A stretch of 64,000 bases of DNA, from NCBI RefSeq assembly GCF_963921235.1, contig NC_086097.1:165790001-165854000 (forward strand), read 5' to 3'. Under the pieces are notes generated by a model. The model had not been told where the DNA came from, searched no databases, and saw only the letters and a list, made by a program, of their open reading frames with translations. A program made the translations under genes and the position numbers. Each line of letters starts with the position of its first letter. Positions within the stretch are counted from its first letter, which is position 1. Below are positions 24,507-36,537 of the stretch, one piece after another. This DNA is from Mobula hypostoma. Its lineage: Eukaryota.

Positions 24507-26070
24507 CAGGTGTCCCCCGCTTTTCAAACTTTCGCTTTACGAAACCTCGCTGTTACGAAAAACCTACATTAGTTCCCTGTTTTCGCTAACAGAAAGTGTT
24601 TTCACTGTGACCAAAAAAGGCAGCACGCGAAAAAAAGCAGCACGCCGTGTGCCCCAAGCAGCCGCTCTCTCCCGGATTCGGAACGGCATTCTTGCCGGCA
24701 TTGCTTAGACACGTGCCTGTGAGCAGCCGTTAGCAAGATGAGTTCTAAGGTATCGGAAAAGCCTGAACGAGCTCGTAAGGGTGGTACTCTTAGTTAAAAC
24801 TAGACATAATTAAGCATTTTGATCGTGGTGAACGAAGTAAGGACAAAGTGAGTTTGGCTTGTGGAAGGTGACGAAGATGATGTTGAAGAGGTTTTTGCAT
24901 CCCATGACCAAGAACTGATATATGAAGAGCTGATGCAATTAGAAGAGGAAAGGATAACAATCGAAACCGAATGCAGTTGCGAACTGAACGTGAAGCAACT
25001 GCGTGAGATTTTCGCTGCAATGATAAAGTACGACTTTAATTTTGAAAAGGTATGTAGAAAAATGATAGAAAAATGCGCGAGGCTCAGCTGTCAAGCAAGC
25101 CTTCCACATCAACCACAGCAGATGACGAGCCTAGACCTTCGACATCGAGGCGGGCAGTCATAGGAGAGATGAGCTGCCTGCCCTGATTGACGATGAGATG
25201 GCACCCCCGTGTCCCACCACCCCAACACCCAGGCCCCGGACAGATACCGTTTCGCGGAGAATGCAGCAGTAGCCGGGAGACACACAGCATATCTTTAAGA
25301 AAAAAGCCGAAATAAACAAGCTAATTAATTAGGTGCTGCCCAGCATGTAAATGTCGGCCCAGATCAGAGGCGACGCAATCGGCAATCGCCTCTGATCTGG
25401 GCCGACATTTACATGCTGGGCGGCACCTAATTAATTAGCTTGTTTATTTCGGCTTTTTTCTTAAAGATGTGCTGTGTGCCTCCTGGCTACCGCTGTACCA
25501 CTGCATGCTTTGCGGCAATGTATCGGTTAGCGGCCTGGAGGGTGGGCGCCACTGCACCACCCAAACTCCGACGACTCAGTCTAACACACCATCATCAGTG
25601 TGCTCGGCGCTGTCCCAATTCCGGTAAGTGATACTACACTGTACATACATTATTTCTACTTTATACAGGCTGTGTATTTTTACATGTTATTTGGTATGAT
25701 TTGGCAGCTTCATAGCTTAAAGGTTACTGGAGAGAGTGTTTTTGCCAACAGCGCTTGCGCCGTGTTTCTGCCGATGGCACTTGTGTTAGATTTTCGCTAT
25801 GGACAACAGTGCAGGCAATGATTGTGGAAAAGTATTTCTACTTTATATAGGCTGTGTATTTATCATATCATTCCTGCTTTTGCTATATGTTACTGTTATT
25901 TTAGGTTTTATGTGTTATTTGGCATGATTTGGTAGGTTATTTTTGGGTCTGCAAATGCTCACAAATTTTTCCCATATAACTTAATGGTAATTGCTTCTTC
26001 GCTTTACGATATTCTGGCTTACGAACCGTTTCATAGGAATGCTCTACCTTCGGACGGCGGGGGAAACCAG
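24507..26070 (+). mobile_element. Tigger/pogo-like DNA transposon, internally deleted
   Basis: Imperfect TIRs CAGGTGTCCCCCGC / GCGGGGGAAACCAG flanked by TA (24505-06 and 26071-72). Transposase relics include an N-terminal HTH (MSSKVSEKPERARKG...KLDIIKHFDRGERSKD) and a C-terminal region (EDDVEEVFASHDQELIYEELMQLEEE...LREIFAAM). No DDE core is visible. Confidence 0.85.
25223..25554. mobile_element. Palindromic hAT-type MITE nested in the Tigger element
   Basis: Arms of about 110 bp (25263-25373 and 25386-25496) around a 12-nt loop. Right end GGTGGGCGCCACTG. 8-bp direct repeat CACCACCC at 25215-25222 and 25555-25562. The left TIR is clipped. Confidence 0.7.
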
Positions 26071-28949
26071 TAATCTTATTGTTGATAAACATGTACAAAA
26101 AAGATTTCAAATAATAGACTTCCAAACTTTTAATATAGTTAATCATAGAGAAAAAAGAAATAAAAAGAAAAAAAATACAAAGAAAAACCTCCCAAAAAAA
26201 AACTAAATATAAAACCCAGAATAAAAGCAAACGGAACAAAACAAGGCTGGACCAATATCTTAAATCGAATACGTTCAATAATGTTGTCAACTCCGCTCCT
26301 GTATTCATATATTTTAAGTTAGTAAGAAGGATTAGGAATGGTCAAATTACATCATATGAAAATGTTGAATAAATGGTTTCCAAGGGCTTCTTTGCTGGCA
26401 TGTTAACCTAGACGCGTATCCCTCTGAATGAATGTGGGAATTGTATCCGTCTCCTCTGGTTCCTTCACGGCAGCCAACACGTGTGTTACTACTGTGTGCT
26501 GCAACAGGGGATGTGCCTTTAAGGCTGACAGCTTTTTCTGACTGCTGCAGTGTTGGGAATTGTGCTACTGTGAGTGATGTTCCATCACAAATTGCATAGT
26601 TTTAAAATTTATTTTCATACATAAACTACCATAAAACTGTTTCAGATCAGATTTTGGTAATTTTTTTCTTTTTCTTTTACAAATTACCAGCTTGGCTTTG
26701 GCACAAAATACAACAATGTTGTAGAACATCAAAAATCAAATCAAATCAATTTCAAGCCATCTGAGGCTTGAACCTAGAAAATCACTGAAAACTGGATACA
26801 CAATTAATATACAGAATGATGAAACTATTTGAATATTCATTGGACATTATTCTTAGCACAATACAACCTGGGGCTGGTTACGCAATGTTCAGCAGATAAA
26901 ATAACGGAAATCAATCTTATTACATGAACATGGTTTTAAAAGACCTGGCTTCTCATATACATTGAAATCCCTTAAGAAGGAAATTAATTGTTTTGTTTTC
27001 CAATAGTTACGTGAGATATGTAAAAGATTGCCATCGCGATTGGTTTTTTACCGTCACATGTACCAAGATACAGCGAAAAGCTTGTCTCACACAATGCATT
27101 AAAAACTAATTGCATTTTTTCTTTTGGTTAATGTGACAGTAATTTGTTGGATATCAGCAACCGATTTCTTTGGAGAATTTTTTTCTGAATCTTCCATTGT
27201 TCAGACTATTCATAAATACCATTGCAATGGATTCCTCTTGTAAAGAAAACACATTGATAAAATCAAGCAACCTATTGGGCTAGTGACAGCGTGGTAATAT
27301 ATAGTCATAGTCATAGACATACTTTATTAATCCCGGGGGAGATTGGTTTTCGTTACAGTTGCTCCATAAATAATAAATAGTAATAGAACCATAAATAGTT
27401 AAATAAATAGATATATATGTATCTAGACATATTATGTAGAGAAGTTAAAGCAAGACTAGTCATTTTGAGACTTTTGAAACATCCTTACTTTATGGGAGTT
27501 TTCCAATTCCACTTTTCTTTACAATTCTGTCTAATCTCAACATTGCATCTGTTAACATGCCATTACAACTTATTACTGAAAGAAAGAAATTATCACTACC
27601 ATAATATTAAGGCTCTGAAAGTGTCTCTGACCCATTGAACATAATCTACTAACGGTCACATGCACTATTCAGTACCGCTCAGATCTTCCATAGGCGGCAT
27701 GGGTGATCAATGGAATAATTGACTGCATGACTAACTCAGATGATCAAACTACAACCTAGCATTTTGTTTTAAAGTTTTATGACAGACATATTATTTATTG
27801 TAGCAGGTCTCTGGAAAGGGATTAAATAAGTGGGATCATAGAGTGGTTACTTAGTGATTGTTGAACCAGTAATGTGGAGTCCTAGACTAACAATGCAGAG
27901 TAGTCAATAATTCTACTATGAGAACGTGGAGATTTAAAGTCCATTCATTAAATATTCTGGATTTTTGTTTTAGAAATGAGAGTGCTTGCAAAGATGACTT
28001 AAAAACTACCAGCCCTCTGTAACAAGGCATCCAGTTCATCAATGCACTTTGTTAAAATCATTTTTTCAGGATGACAAAACAGATAGATATTTTCCATCCC
28101 AAATTTAGGTTTAGGTAACATTGGTTCTGGGTGCAGTTGTTGTAGGTTGAACGCATCCCTTTAGTTCTGAAGATTTGTTCCTTGCCTTGGAAGTTTGTTT
28201 GAGGTGAAATATCTGGGCTTTTGCTGAAGCTAGAAGACGTTGAGTCTTATTCTCAAAGCCAGTTACCCTGCCTGTGAGATAAAGGCTCTTTGTCAATCTG
28301 CTCCTGCTGTAGCACATCATTCACCAATAGCCACATGTGACACCTTGGAAAATGTGGACCTTTTGTCACACTTCAAGAATCACCTTTTGTCAAAGGCAGG
28401 CCGATAATAAAGTTCATCACCAGCTTCAATATGCTAGCATAGTTTTGGGTGTTTGAAAATCAAAATCTCACAATTGGCATACAATCTACAATCTAGCAGG
28501 CAGCAGTGATCTGCAACCTCCAATCTGCTTCTGAGACCTGGATAGGAATCTCAGGGACCTGTCCACAAATACTACCAATGTTGCCTTTGCAAAACCATCC
28601 AAATTCACTGGAAGATTAAACAAACCAATGTTAGTGTCCTCTCCCAAACCAACATCCCTAGAATTCAGGCCCTGATTGCACACTTCCTGATTCTTTTGCA
28701 CATTACATGTTGTTCACATGTTGTTCTCATTGAATTTCTGAAAAGGAATCTTTGTTCAGAGCTCTGTTCTGGGAAAAAAAATACCATGTAAATAGAAGAA
28801 AGACATTCAGGACATCCTCAAGGCTTCCTTGAAGAAATGCAACATCCCCATTTCCTTCTGGGAATCTTTAGTCCATGGGTGTTCAAAGTAAAGAATGAGT
28901 GTTTGGAAAGTTATTGTGAACCTCAAAGCCATGAATCAGAAACAGTTGA

Positions 28950-29470
28950 CCATGGTGGTGTAGCTCTGTTAGTAAAAAAATGAAATCAAATCATTAGAAA
29001 GAGGTGACATAGGTTTGGAAGGTGTTGAGTCATTGCTGGTAGAGCAAAGGAACTGTGAGGGTAAAAAGACCCTGATGGGAGTTATATACACTACAGGCCT
29101 CCAAACAGTAGTAAGGATGTGGTTTACAAATTTCAACAAAAGATAGAAAATGCATGCCAAAAGGGCAATGTTACAATAGTCGAAGGGATTTCAATATGTA
29201 GGTAGATTGGGAAAATCAGGTTGGTGCTGGATCCCAAGGGGGGAGTTTCTAGAATGTCTATGAGATGGCTTTTTAGAGCAACTTGTGTTTGGGCCCACTA
29301 GGGGATTGGCTATTCTGGATCGGGTGTTGTGTATTTAACCAGAATTAACCAGTCAACTTGGTTTCCTTAAGGGAATATCTTGACTGACAAATCTGCTGGA
29401 ATTCTTTGAAGAAATAACAAGCAGGATAGATTAGGAGAATCCCTTAATGTTGTGTACTTGGATTTTCTAG
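28950..29470 (+). mobile_element. Degraded CR1 ORF2 endonuclease/RT fragment
   Basis: GGVALLVKNEIKSLERGDIG...VESL.VE.RNCEGKKTLMGVIY...RPPNSS, then a jump to a KG.S.LTNLLEFFEEITSRID-like segment. Frameshifted. Confidence 0.7.
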
Positions 29471-30798
29471 TTTTCACATTGGCCTTATTTGCCATCTCAG
29501 AATGGAGAAGAAGAAGAAGAAGAAGAAAGATTATTATAATTTCCTTTACCTGCTTTGCTGAATACATCAATATCCTTCTGTACTAAAACTTTGAATTAAC
29601 TCCTTAATCCTCTCTGCTACTGCATCTCCTTGTATCTTAAAACCTGAACAAGCTTTTGGTCAGATTCCCTCACCCTGATGTCACTTTTTTGTTTGGTTAC
29701 ATTCCTATAGAGTGCCTTAGGATATTTTAATGCATTAGAATTATATTAAAAATTCAAATTATTTTTGTTCCAGTTAACATAACATGGCATTACAAGACTA
29801 AGTAGAAACAGAAAATGCTGTGAGTACTTTAACTGGTCATCAACTTCAATGGAAATAAAAGCAGGACTGCTTCTTTTCATTTATGTTGCTTGACCTGTCA
29901 AGATTTTCTTATAATTTCTATTGATATTTCAGATAAATGCCAAAGAACATGTGGAATACAAGCAAGTAGGCCATTCTTGCTCCACCATTTGATCTTACAG
30001 TATGCCTTAAAACCCATCTTCCTACTTGATCCCTACATCCCTTCAATCACCTGAATTCTTATAAAGTATTGAGTATTATGTACATACCTATAGACTATTC
30101 ACAGCCTTCTGGGGATAGAAAATTGTAAAGACTAATAACCACTTGAATGAAGCAGTTCCTCCTGATCTCTGGCCTTATTGGCTGACCTTTACCTGAGACG
30201 TGCCTCCTAATTATTATCCAGTTTCTTAGATATCTATCATCTCAGTACCTATTCCAGCTAATCTGCTACCTCTCAACACTTAACCCATCAACACTTTCAG
30301 AATCTTACGTACAGCACTTCAATTATATCCCTTCACTCAATCTTTTCTCATAAATCAATTTTCTTATTCTAGGAATCAATCAAGTGAACCTTAGTGCACT
30401 GCTTTGAAGGAAGAATATTCCTCAACAGAGAAGGCTAAAACTGTACATATACTCAATTCTTCAACTTCAGTACAGTGTTGGAAAACTTTTCTCTTACACT
30501 CTAAAGCCAACTCACTTTAAATTTACATTCTATGATGTTGTGAGAAGACACAAACATTTTTCTGAATGCTAATATCCAATTATTTCTCTTTCTTAAGAAT
30601 TATCCCTTCTGAAATCATACTTACCACTAAGTAACCTTATATTTGTCCACATGATACTGCATTCTTCCCCTTCTTGCCCAGTCACCTAACCTGTCTAAAT
30701 TCTTTTGAAACTGCTTTAAATATTCTGGTCACCGTACTGTGATCTGGATGTGATTGTTTTGAAGATAGTGTAGAGAAGATACACCAAAATGTTGCCTG

Positions 30799-31099
30799 TG
30801 TTCGGGCACGTCCTGGAGGTATGGTTTACAGCAAATTAATATTTGCTATGTACCATAACTCCAGGCTACACCCTAACACAGGCAACATTTTGGTGTATTG
30901 CATTGTGGATACATTGTAACTATAGAATTGTCCTGCTGTTACCTTTTATCTTTAGCATATAAAAATGTCATGTAATATTGGATCAAGGAGACCTCTTCTT
31001 CCAAGAGTGTTTCAGTATGATTCCTGCTTGTTTGGCTGAATAAAGACTTCTGCATCCACCAGCTTCAGTGTCTCTCCGGTGACTTTATTCACAGTCACA
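30799..31099 (+). mobile_element. Rearranged solo-LTR-like repeat
   Basis: Starts TGTT and ends CACA, with AATAAA about 55 nt before the end. Positions 30900-31099 match the reverse complement of 32767-32968. Confidence 0.5.
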
Positions 31100-32766
31100 A
31101 TATTGTCCCTCCTCTTGGCCCTTCTGGACAAAAATAAATTTAATCCAGGAAAAGCCAAACCTTAAGGAGAATCTAATGAAGTAGGGCAGCAAAAATGCCC
31201 TGATCTTCAGACCCCCTTCCCCAATTACCTATCATATCCCTATGTGCATCTACATCTACACTGTCATCCCTAATGGCTCCCTACAAGACTCTAAGCAGAG
31301 ATTGTTCCAGAAATTTGACTAACAGTCTTTAAAGTGCAGCTTTGTCATGCATATGCCTGTTGCCCCCTTCCTTGCCAGCTGATTGCGATTTAATCATTTT
31401 CTTCATCTTCACCCCTCATTCTCTAATAGCTAAAAATCAGAAGTGGCTATCAGTGGGTATCAGGGGCACCAACAACTAAATGTATCAGGTTCACAGGCAA
31501 CAGTTCACACTCCATGCCATGGAAAAAGATTGTCAGAATATTGACAACTAGTCTCTCGGACCCTCTCATCGATATACAGGGGGGGTTGGCGAGGTCTCGA
31601 TTTGAATGACTGCAAGGACCTCACCCCGTGGCACCCCCTTCCAAACTATCCATTCAATCCTTGGCCCAAACACTGAAAGGGACAGCTCATTTGTATTCAC
31701 TCCCCATTCAGGCTGGGTAACTGCTTTCAGATGCTGTGTGCAATTTCTTTTCTTTCTCAGGCTTGCACATCATTCAAGTTGTGCAACCTGATGTCTCCAC
31801 TGTAACGCAGAACCCTTTCCATCAATTTTCACCAGTATTTTTTCCATTCTATGCCATGCAACTAATCATCTTTCTTCAGCAACCAGACTTCATTACAGAG
31901 TACAATTAACTCTCTGTAACTCCCTGTAACTCTCACCTCCCCCCAATGGCTGCCTCAATTTCCCTTTAAAGGGGTGATATCCCTCTTCTTTACTGGTCCA
32001 TGTATTCCTCGGGCACTTTGCTTTTACCAACCATGTATATCTTTGGGTTGCACCTGATGAACTTCATTAATTTCTTCGAGCTTGCGGCAGAATTCTGCAC
32101 TCTTGCAGGTGACTTTAAGTGAGTGCAGCTGTTTCTTATGGATAGTTGTAATCAAGGTCAAGGGTCATCACGGTTCTCAACCTGACATTGCCTGACCTCA
32201 ATAGGTGCCCTCCTGACAGATATATCTGGTATAGCCTCTCCCTCAAATATCTCCACACTACATAAAATATAAATCATGGGTAACAATTAAACAGTACACT
32301 CCTAAAACCACTAAGTATGTACTCTGCAATCTGCTGCCTATATACGTCTGAACTCAAAATACCTGTTGTATTCCTTTGCTTTTAAAAACTGTTACACCAA
32401 GGTTATGGACTTATTCTTAAAACACTCGCAAATGAGTCTGCTATGATACAGTTCCATGAATGAATATACACACACCTCACTGGCATTCTCACCGGTCAGT
32501 AACTACCTTTTGCAACTGGTGGCTTTGTCTCACCAAATTACACAAACATGTCTAGTCCCTTACATAATACACAAGCACGCACACACACACCACACTACTT
32601 GTATATCTACCAGTTAGCTCTCTGCCGTGCTCATGATACTTCATAATCCCATGGTCACTGACTCAAACAGATCCATGTGAGTTCTAATCTTAAAACTACT
32701 CACCCACTTAGACTGCTGAGATAGCTGGCCACGTGATGAACTTATCCTGGATGAGCCCTCAGATGC

Positions 32767-33256
32767 TGTGACTGTGAATGAAGCCACCGGAAAGACACTG
32801 AAGCTGGTGGATGCAGAAGTCTTTATTCAGCCAAACAAGCAGGAATCATACTGGAGACACTTTTGGAAAAAGAGATCTCCCTGACCCAACATTACATGAC
32901 ATTCTTATATGCTAAAGATCAAAGGTAACAGAAGGACAATTTTATAGTTACAATGCATCCACAATGCTTCCTTTGAAATACATATAATTTTCATACACCT
33001 CCATCTTCAACCCTCCAGACCACAAAAGGGAATGTTATTTCCCACTGACTCTGGGATGCTTTCATACATATGCCAGCATTTCAGGTCAAATAGAATGTTT
33101 CCTCGTTTGCAATCGACCCCGGTCTGCAACTGCGAGAACACCATTGTTCTGGGCTGCACTTTAAACTCAACCTACAACCCATGTTCAGGTCTGAAGACTG
33201 GTTGTTGTTGAAATTAATATTTGCTATATACCATACTTCCAGAATATGCCCTAAAA
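32767..33256 (-). mobile_element. Solo-LTR-like repeat, second copy in inverted orientation
   Basis: Shares both the 3' ~200 bp and the 5' ~45 bp (AAATTAATATTTGCTAT..ACCATA..TCCAG....CCCTAA) with the copy at 30799-31099. No clean TSD. Confidence 0.5.
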
Positions 33257-34009
33257 GCTTGGATTGGATCATCTCATCAATGAAAAAAGATTGGACTTGT
33301 TTTCTTTGGATCAGAGATTAAGGGAAATCTGAAGAGCGGTACAAAATTATAAGGAGCATAGATGGGGTAGAAAGTAAGACAATATCCCTCTTTACAGCAG
33401 TGTGTACTGTATATCTAGTGGCAATACAAACCTATTCACAGATTGCTGACTTGAACATGATGTTTAATTCTATTTTGTTCATTAAAGAATAGTGCTATTA
33501 CATTCAATCTCATTAGCTTTAATCTTCTGTAACAACATTTTGTGTGGCACCTTACCGAGTGCCTTTTGAAATGATCCCCATCAGTTTCCCCTGTGAATCA
33601 AATCCTTGAAAATTCTCAGGTCTCAAGTATAAGTTTCTCAAGTATGGTTTTCCTTTCATAATACCTTTTCATGCTTAATTATGTCATTTGTTAGCATTAT
33701 CCAGTGATGGACTTCAGTATTTTCCTTACAATGAACATTAAGCTAACTGCATAAGACCATAAGATATAGGAACATTAGGCCATTTGGCCCATCGAGTTCT
33801 GCTCCACCATTTCATCACAGATTATCCATTTTTCTTCTCAGCCTCAGTCTCCTACCTTCTCCCCGTAATCCTCATCTGCATTTCCCCACTTCTGTGATCC
33901 CTCCTTTCTTGACCAAAGGTGTTATTTTTGCTATTTTCTAATCTGTTGAACCTGCTGGGGATTCCTTATCTCTAGAGCTGCCTTTTTACACCTGATGAAG
34001 TACTTATGG

Positions 34010-34858
34010 AGCCACAAGAAACTGAAGATACTGGAATCTGTGGCAACAAGCAAGGGGAATGTCGACCCAGACCATGACAACAAGCAAGATGAGGGAGGAA
34101 CTCAATGGGCTGAGCAGAATCTGTGGTGGAAAATGATCAGTTGATGCTTCAGTTTGAGCCCCTTCATCTGGGTTGAAAAATAGGGGGGAGATATCTAGTA
34201 TAAAGAGATGAGGAATAGGAGTGGAGTAACCAACAGGTGAATTTTGGTGAGGAGAGGTGACAGGAAGAGGGAAGAATGGAAATTGTGACAGAAGCTTGGA
34301 AGTGAGGGGTGGAGGCAACAAAGGGCTGCAGATAGGATCTGATATGAAAGGAAGATGAAGAATGGAAGCAAAGGAAGTGAGCTAGATAGTTGTGAACAGC
34401 AGATTGAGACGACCCAGTGATAGGACTATGTGTGTGTGATGGACCAATGGCAAGGGTGGAGGAGGGAAAAGAGTCAGGGTGATGGGAACTGGGTAATTGT
34501 AAGAGAAACTGGGTAGATCAGGAGTGAAGGGAAATTGGACAGATTGGGAGCAATCCAAGCTGTCAGGTTGTAGACCAGCCAGATGGAAAATGAGGTGTGG
34601 TTCCTCTAATTTGTGTTTAGTCACATCTAAGCAGTGGCAGGGGCTGTGGATAGACAGGTGGGTGTGGAAATAGGGTGGAGAATTTAAATGCCTTTTCATT
34701 GGGGTCACCTGAAGACTATAGCAGATTGAGCCCAGGTGGTAAGGCAAAGTGGTTGCCTTGTCTGCACCTGGTCTCACCTATGTAGAGGAGGACATATTGA
34801 AAGCATTGGACGAAATAAACGTGTTGGAGGAGATGCATGTGAATGTCTGCTTCACCCA
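34010..34858 (-). mobile_element. Old Penelope-like element 3' relic
   Basis: Minus-strand peptide KLEEPHLIFHLAGLQPDSL, purine-rich pLTR tract, decayed hammerhead at about 34140-34175, and tail similar to 14573-14640. Confidence 0.7.
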
Positions 34859-34860
34859 GG

Positions 34861-35238
34861 TGGTCTCAAACACCATTTATAAATTTGCTGATGATTCTTC
34901 TGTTGTTGGTAAAATCTCAGATGGTGACGAGGAAAGACATGCGAGTGTGATCAATTAGCTGGCTGCGTAGTGTTGGAACAAAAACCTCAAACTCTACGTC
35001 AGCAAGGCCAAGGAACTGATTGTGGACTTCTGGAAGGGGAAGTTGGGATAAAACCAGACCTCACTGTTGGGACAGCAGTGGATGAGCAGCTTTAAGTTCC
35101 TGGGTTCAACATCTTGGAGGATTTGCTCTAGGTCCAGAATATTGATGTAATCATGAAGAAGGCACGTCAGTGGCTCTAATTCATTAGGCATTTAAGGATC
35201 TGGCATGTCACCAAAGAGTTCTAGCAAATTTCTACAGA
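34861..35238 (+). mobile_element. Rex1/Babar RT relic (outer layer; resumes at 39492-39530)
   Basis: SNTIYKFADDSSVVGKISDGDE. The sequence ...AAATTTCTACAGA continues after the insertion as TACAGAGGTACTGTGGTGAGTATTCTGAC. Confidence 0.7.
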
Positions 35239-36537
35239 ATCAAAATCAGGTCTATTATCACCGGCATGTGACATGAAATTGTTAACTTAGCAGCAGCAGT
35301 TCGATGCAATACATAATCTAGAAGAGAGAAAAAAATAAAAACTTAATAATAAATAAATAAATAAATAAGTAAGTAAATCAATTAAACTATACGTATATTG
35401 ACTAGATTAAAAATGTGCAAAAACCAGAAATACTGTATATTAAAAAAAAGTGAGATAGTGCCCAAGGGTTCAATGTCCATTTAGGAATCGGATAGCAGAG
35501 GGGAAGATGTTGTTCCTGAATCACTGAGTGTGTGCCTTCAGGCTTCTGTACCTCCTACCTGATGGTACAGTGAGAAAAGGGCATGCCCTGGGGGCTGGAG
35601 GACCTTAATAACAGATGCTCCCTTTCTGAGACACAGGTCCCTGAAGTTGTCCTGCATACTTTGTAGGCTAGGACCCAAGATGGAGCTGACTAGATTTACA
35701 ACCCTCTGCAGCTTCTTTTGGTCCAGTAGCCCCCCGCTTCTCCCCCCCCCACCCCCGCCATACCAGACAGTGCTGCATCCTGTCAGAATGTTCTCCATGG
35801 TACATCTATAGAAGTTTTACAGTGTGTTTGTTGAAATGCCAAATCTCTTCAAACTCCTAATGAAGTATAGCTGCTGTCTTGCCTTCTTTATAACTACATC
35901 GATATGTTGGACCAGGCTAGATCCTCAGAGATCTTGTCATCCAGGAACTTGAGACTGCTCAATCTCTCCACTTCTGATCCCTCTATGAGAATTGGTATGT
36001 GTTCCTTAGGGTTGCCAACTGTCCCGTATTTGCCGGGACATCCCGTATATTGGGCTAAATTGGTTTGTCCCATACGGGAGCGCCCATGTCCTGTATTTCC
36101 CCCGCTAAGGTAGAGCGTTCCTATGAAGCCATTCGTAAGCTGAAATGGCGTAAAGCGAAGAAGCAATTACCATTAATTTATTTGCCAAAAATTTTTGTGC
36201 GTTCTCAGACCCAAAAAATAATCGACCAAATCACACCAATAACACATAAAACCTAAAATAACAGTAACATACAGTAAAAGCAGGAATGATATGATAAAGT
36301 ATATGAAGTAGAGTTATATAGCAGCAATTCAATGTAATACATAATCTAGAAGGGAGGGGGAAAAAAAAACACCTTAATAATAAATAAATAAATAAATCAA
36401 TTACAGTGTACGTATATTGAATAGATTAAAAATGTGCAAAAACCAGAAGTACTATATATTTAAAAAAGTGAGGTAGTGCCCAAGGTTTCAATGTCCATTT
36501 AGGAATTGGATAGCAGAGGGGAAGAAGCCTATATAAA

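Larger units (their letters stand above)
24405..26385 (-). mobile_element. L1/Tx1-like LINE 3' fragment hosting the Tigger element
   Basis: T-rich (TTTC)n tail with TTTATT at the left end. The right end translates WKPFIQHFHMM* on the minus strand, resembling L1-clade ORF2 C-termini. Confidence 0.4.

Noticed and set aside
31100..32766. Retroviral internal region between the LTR-like copies
   Set aside because: The repeats are inverted rather than direct, and no PBS, PPT or gag/pol motif could be recognised by eye.
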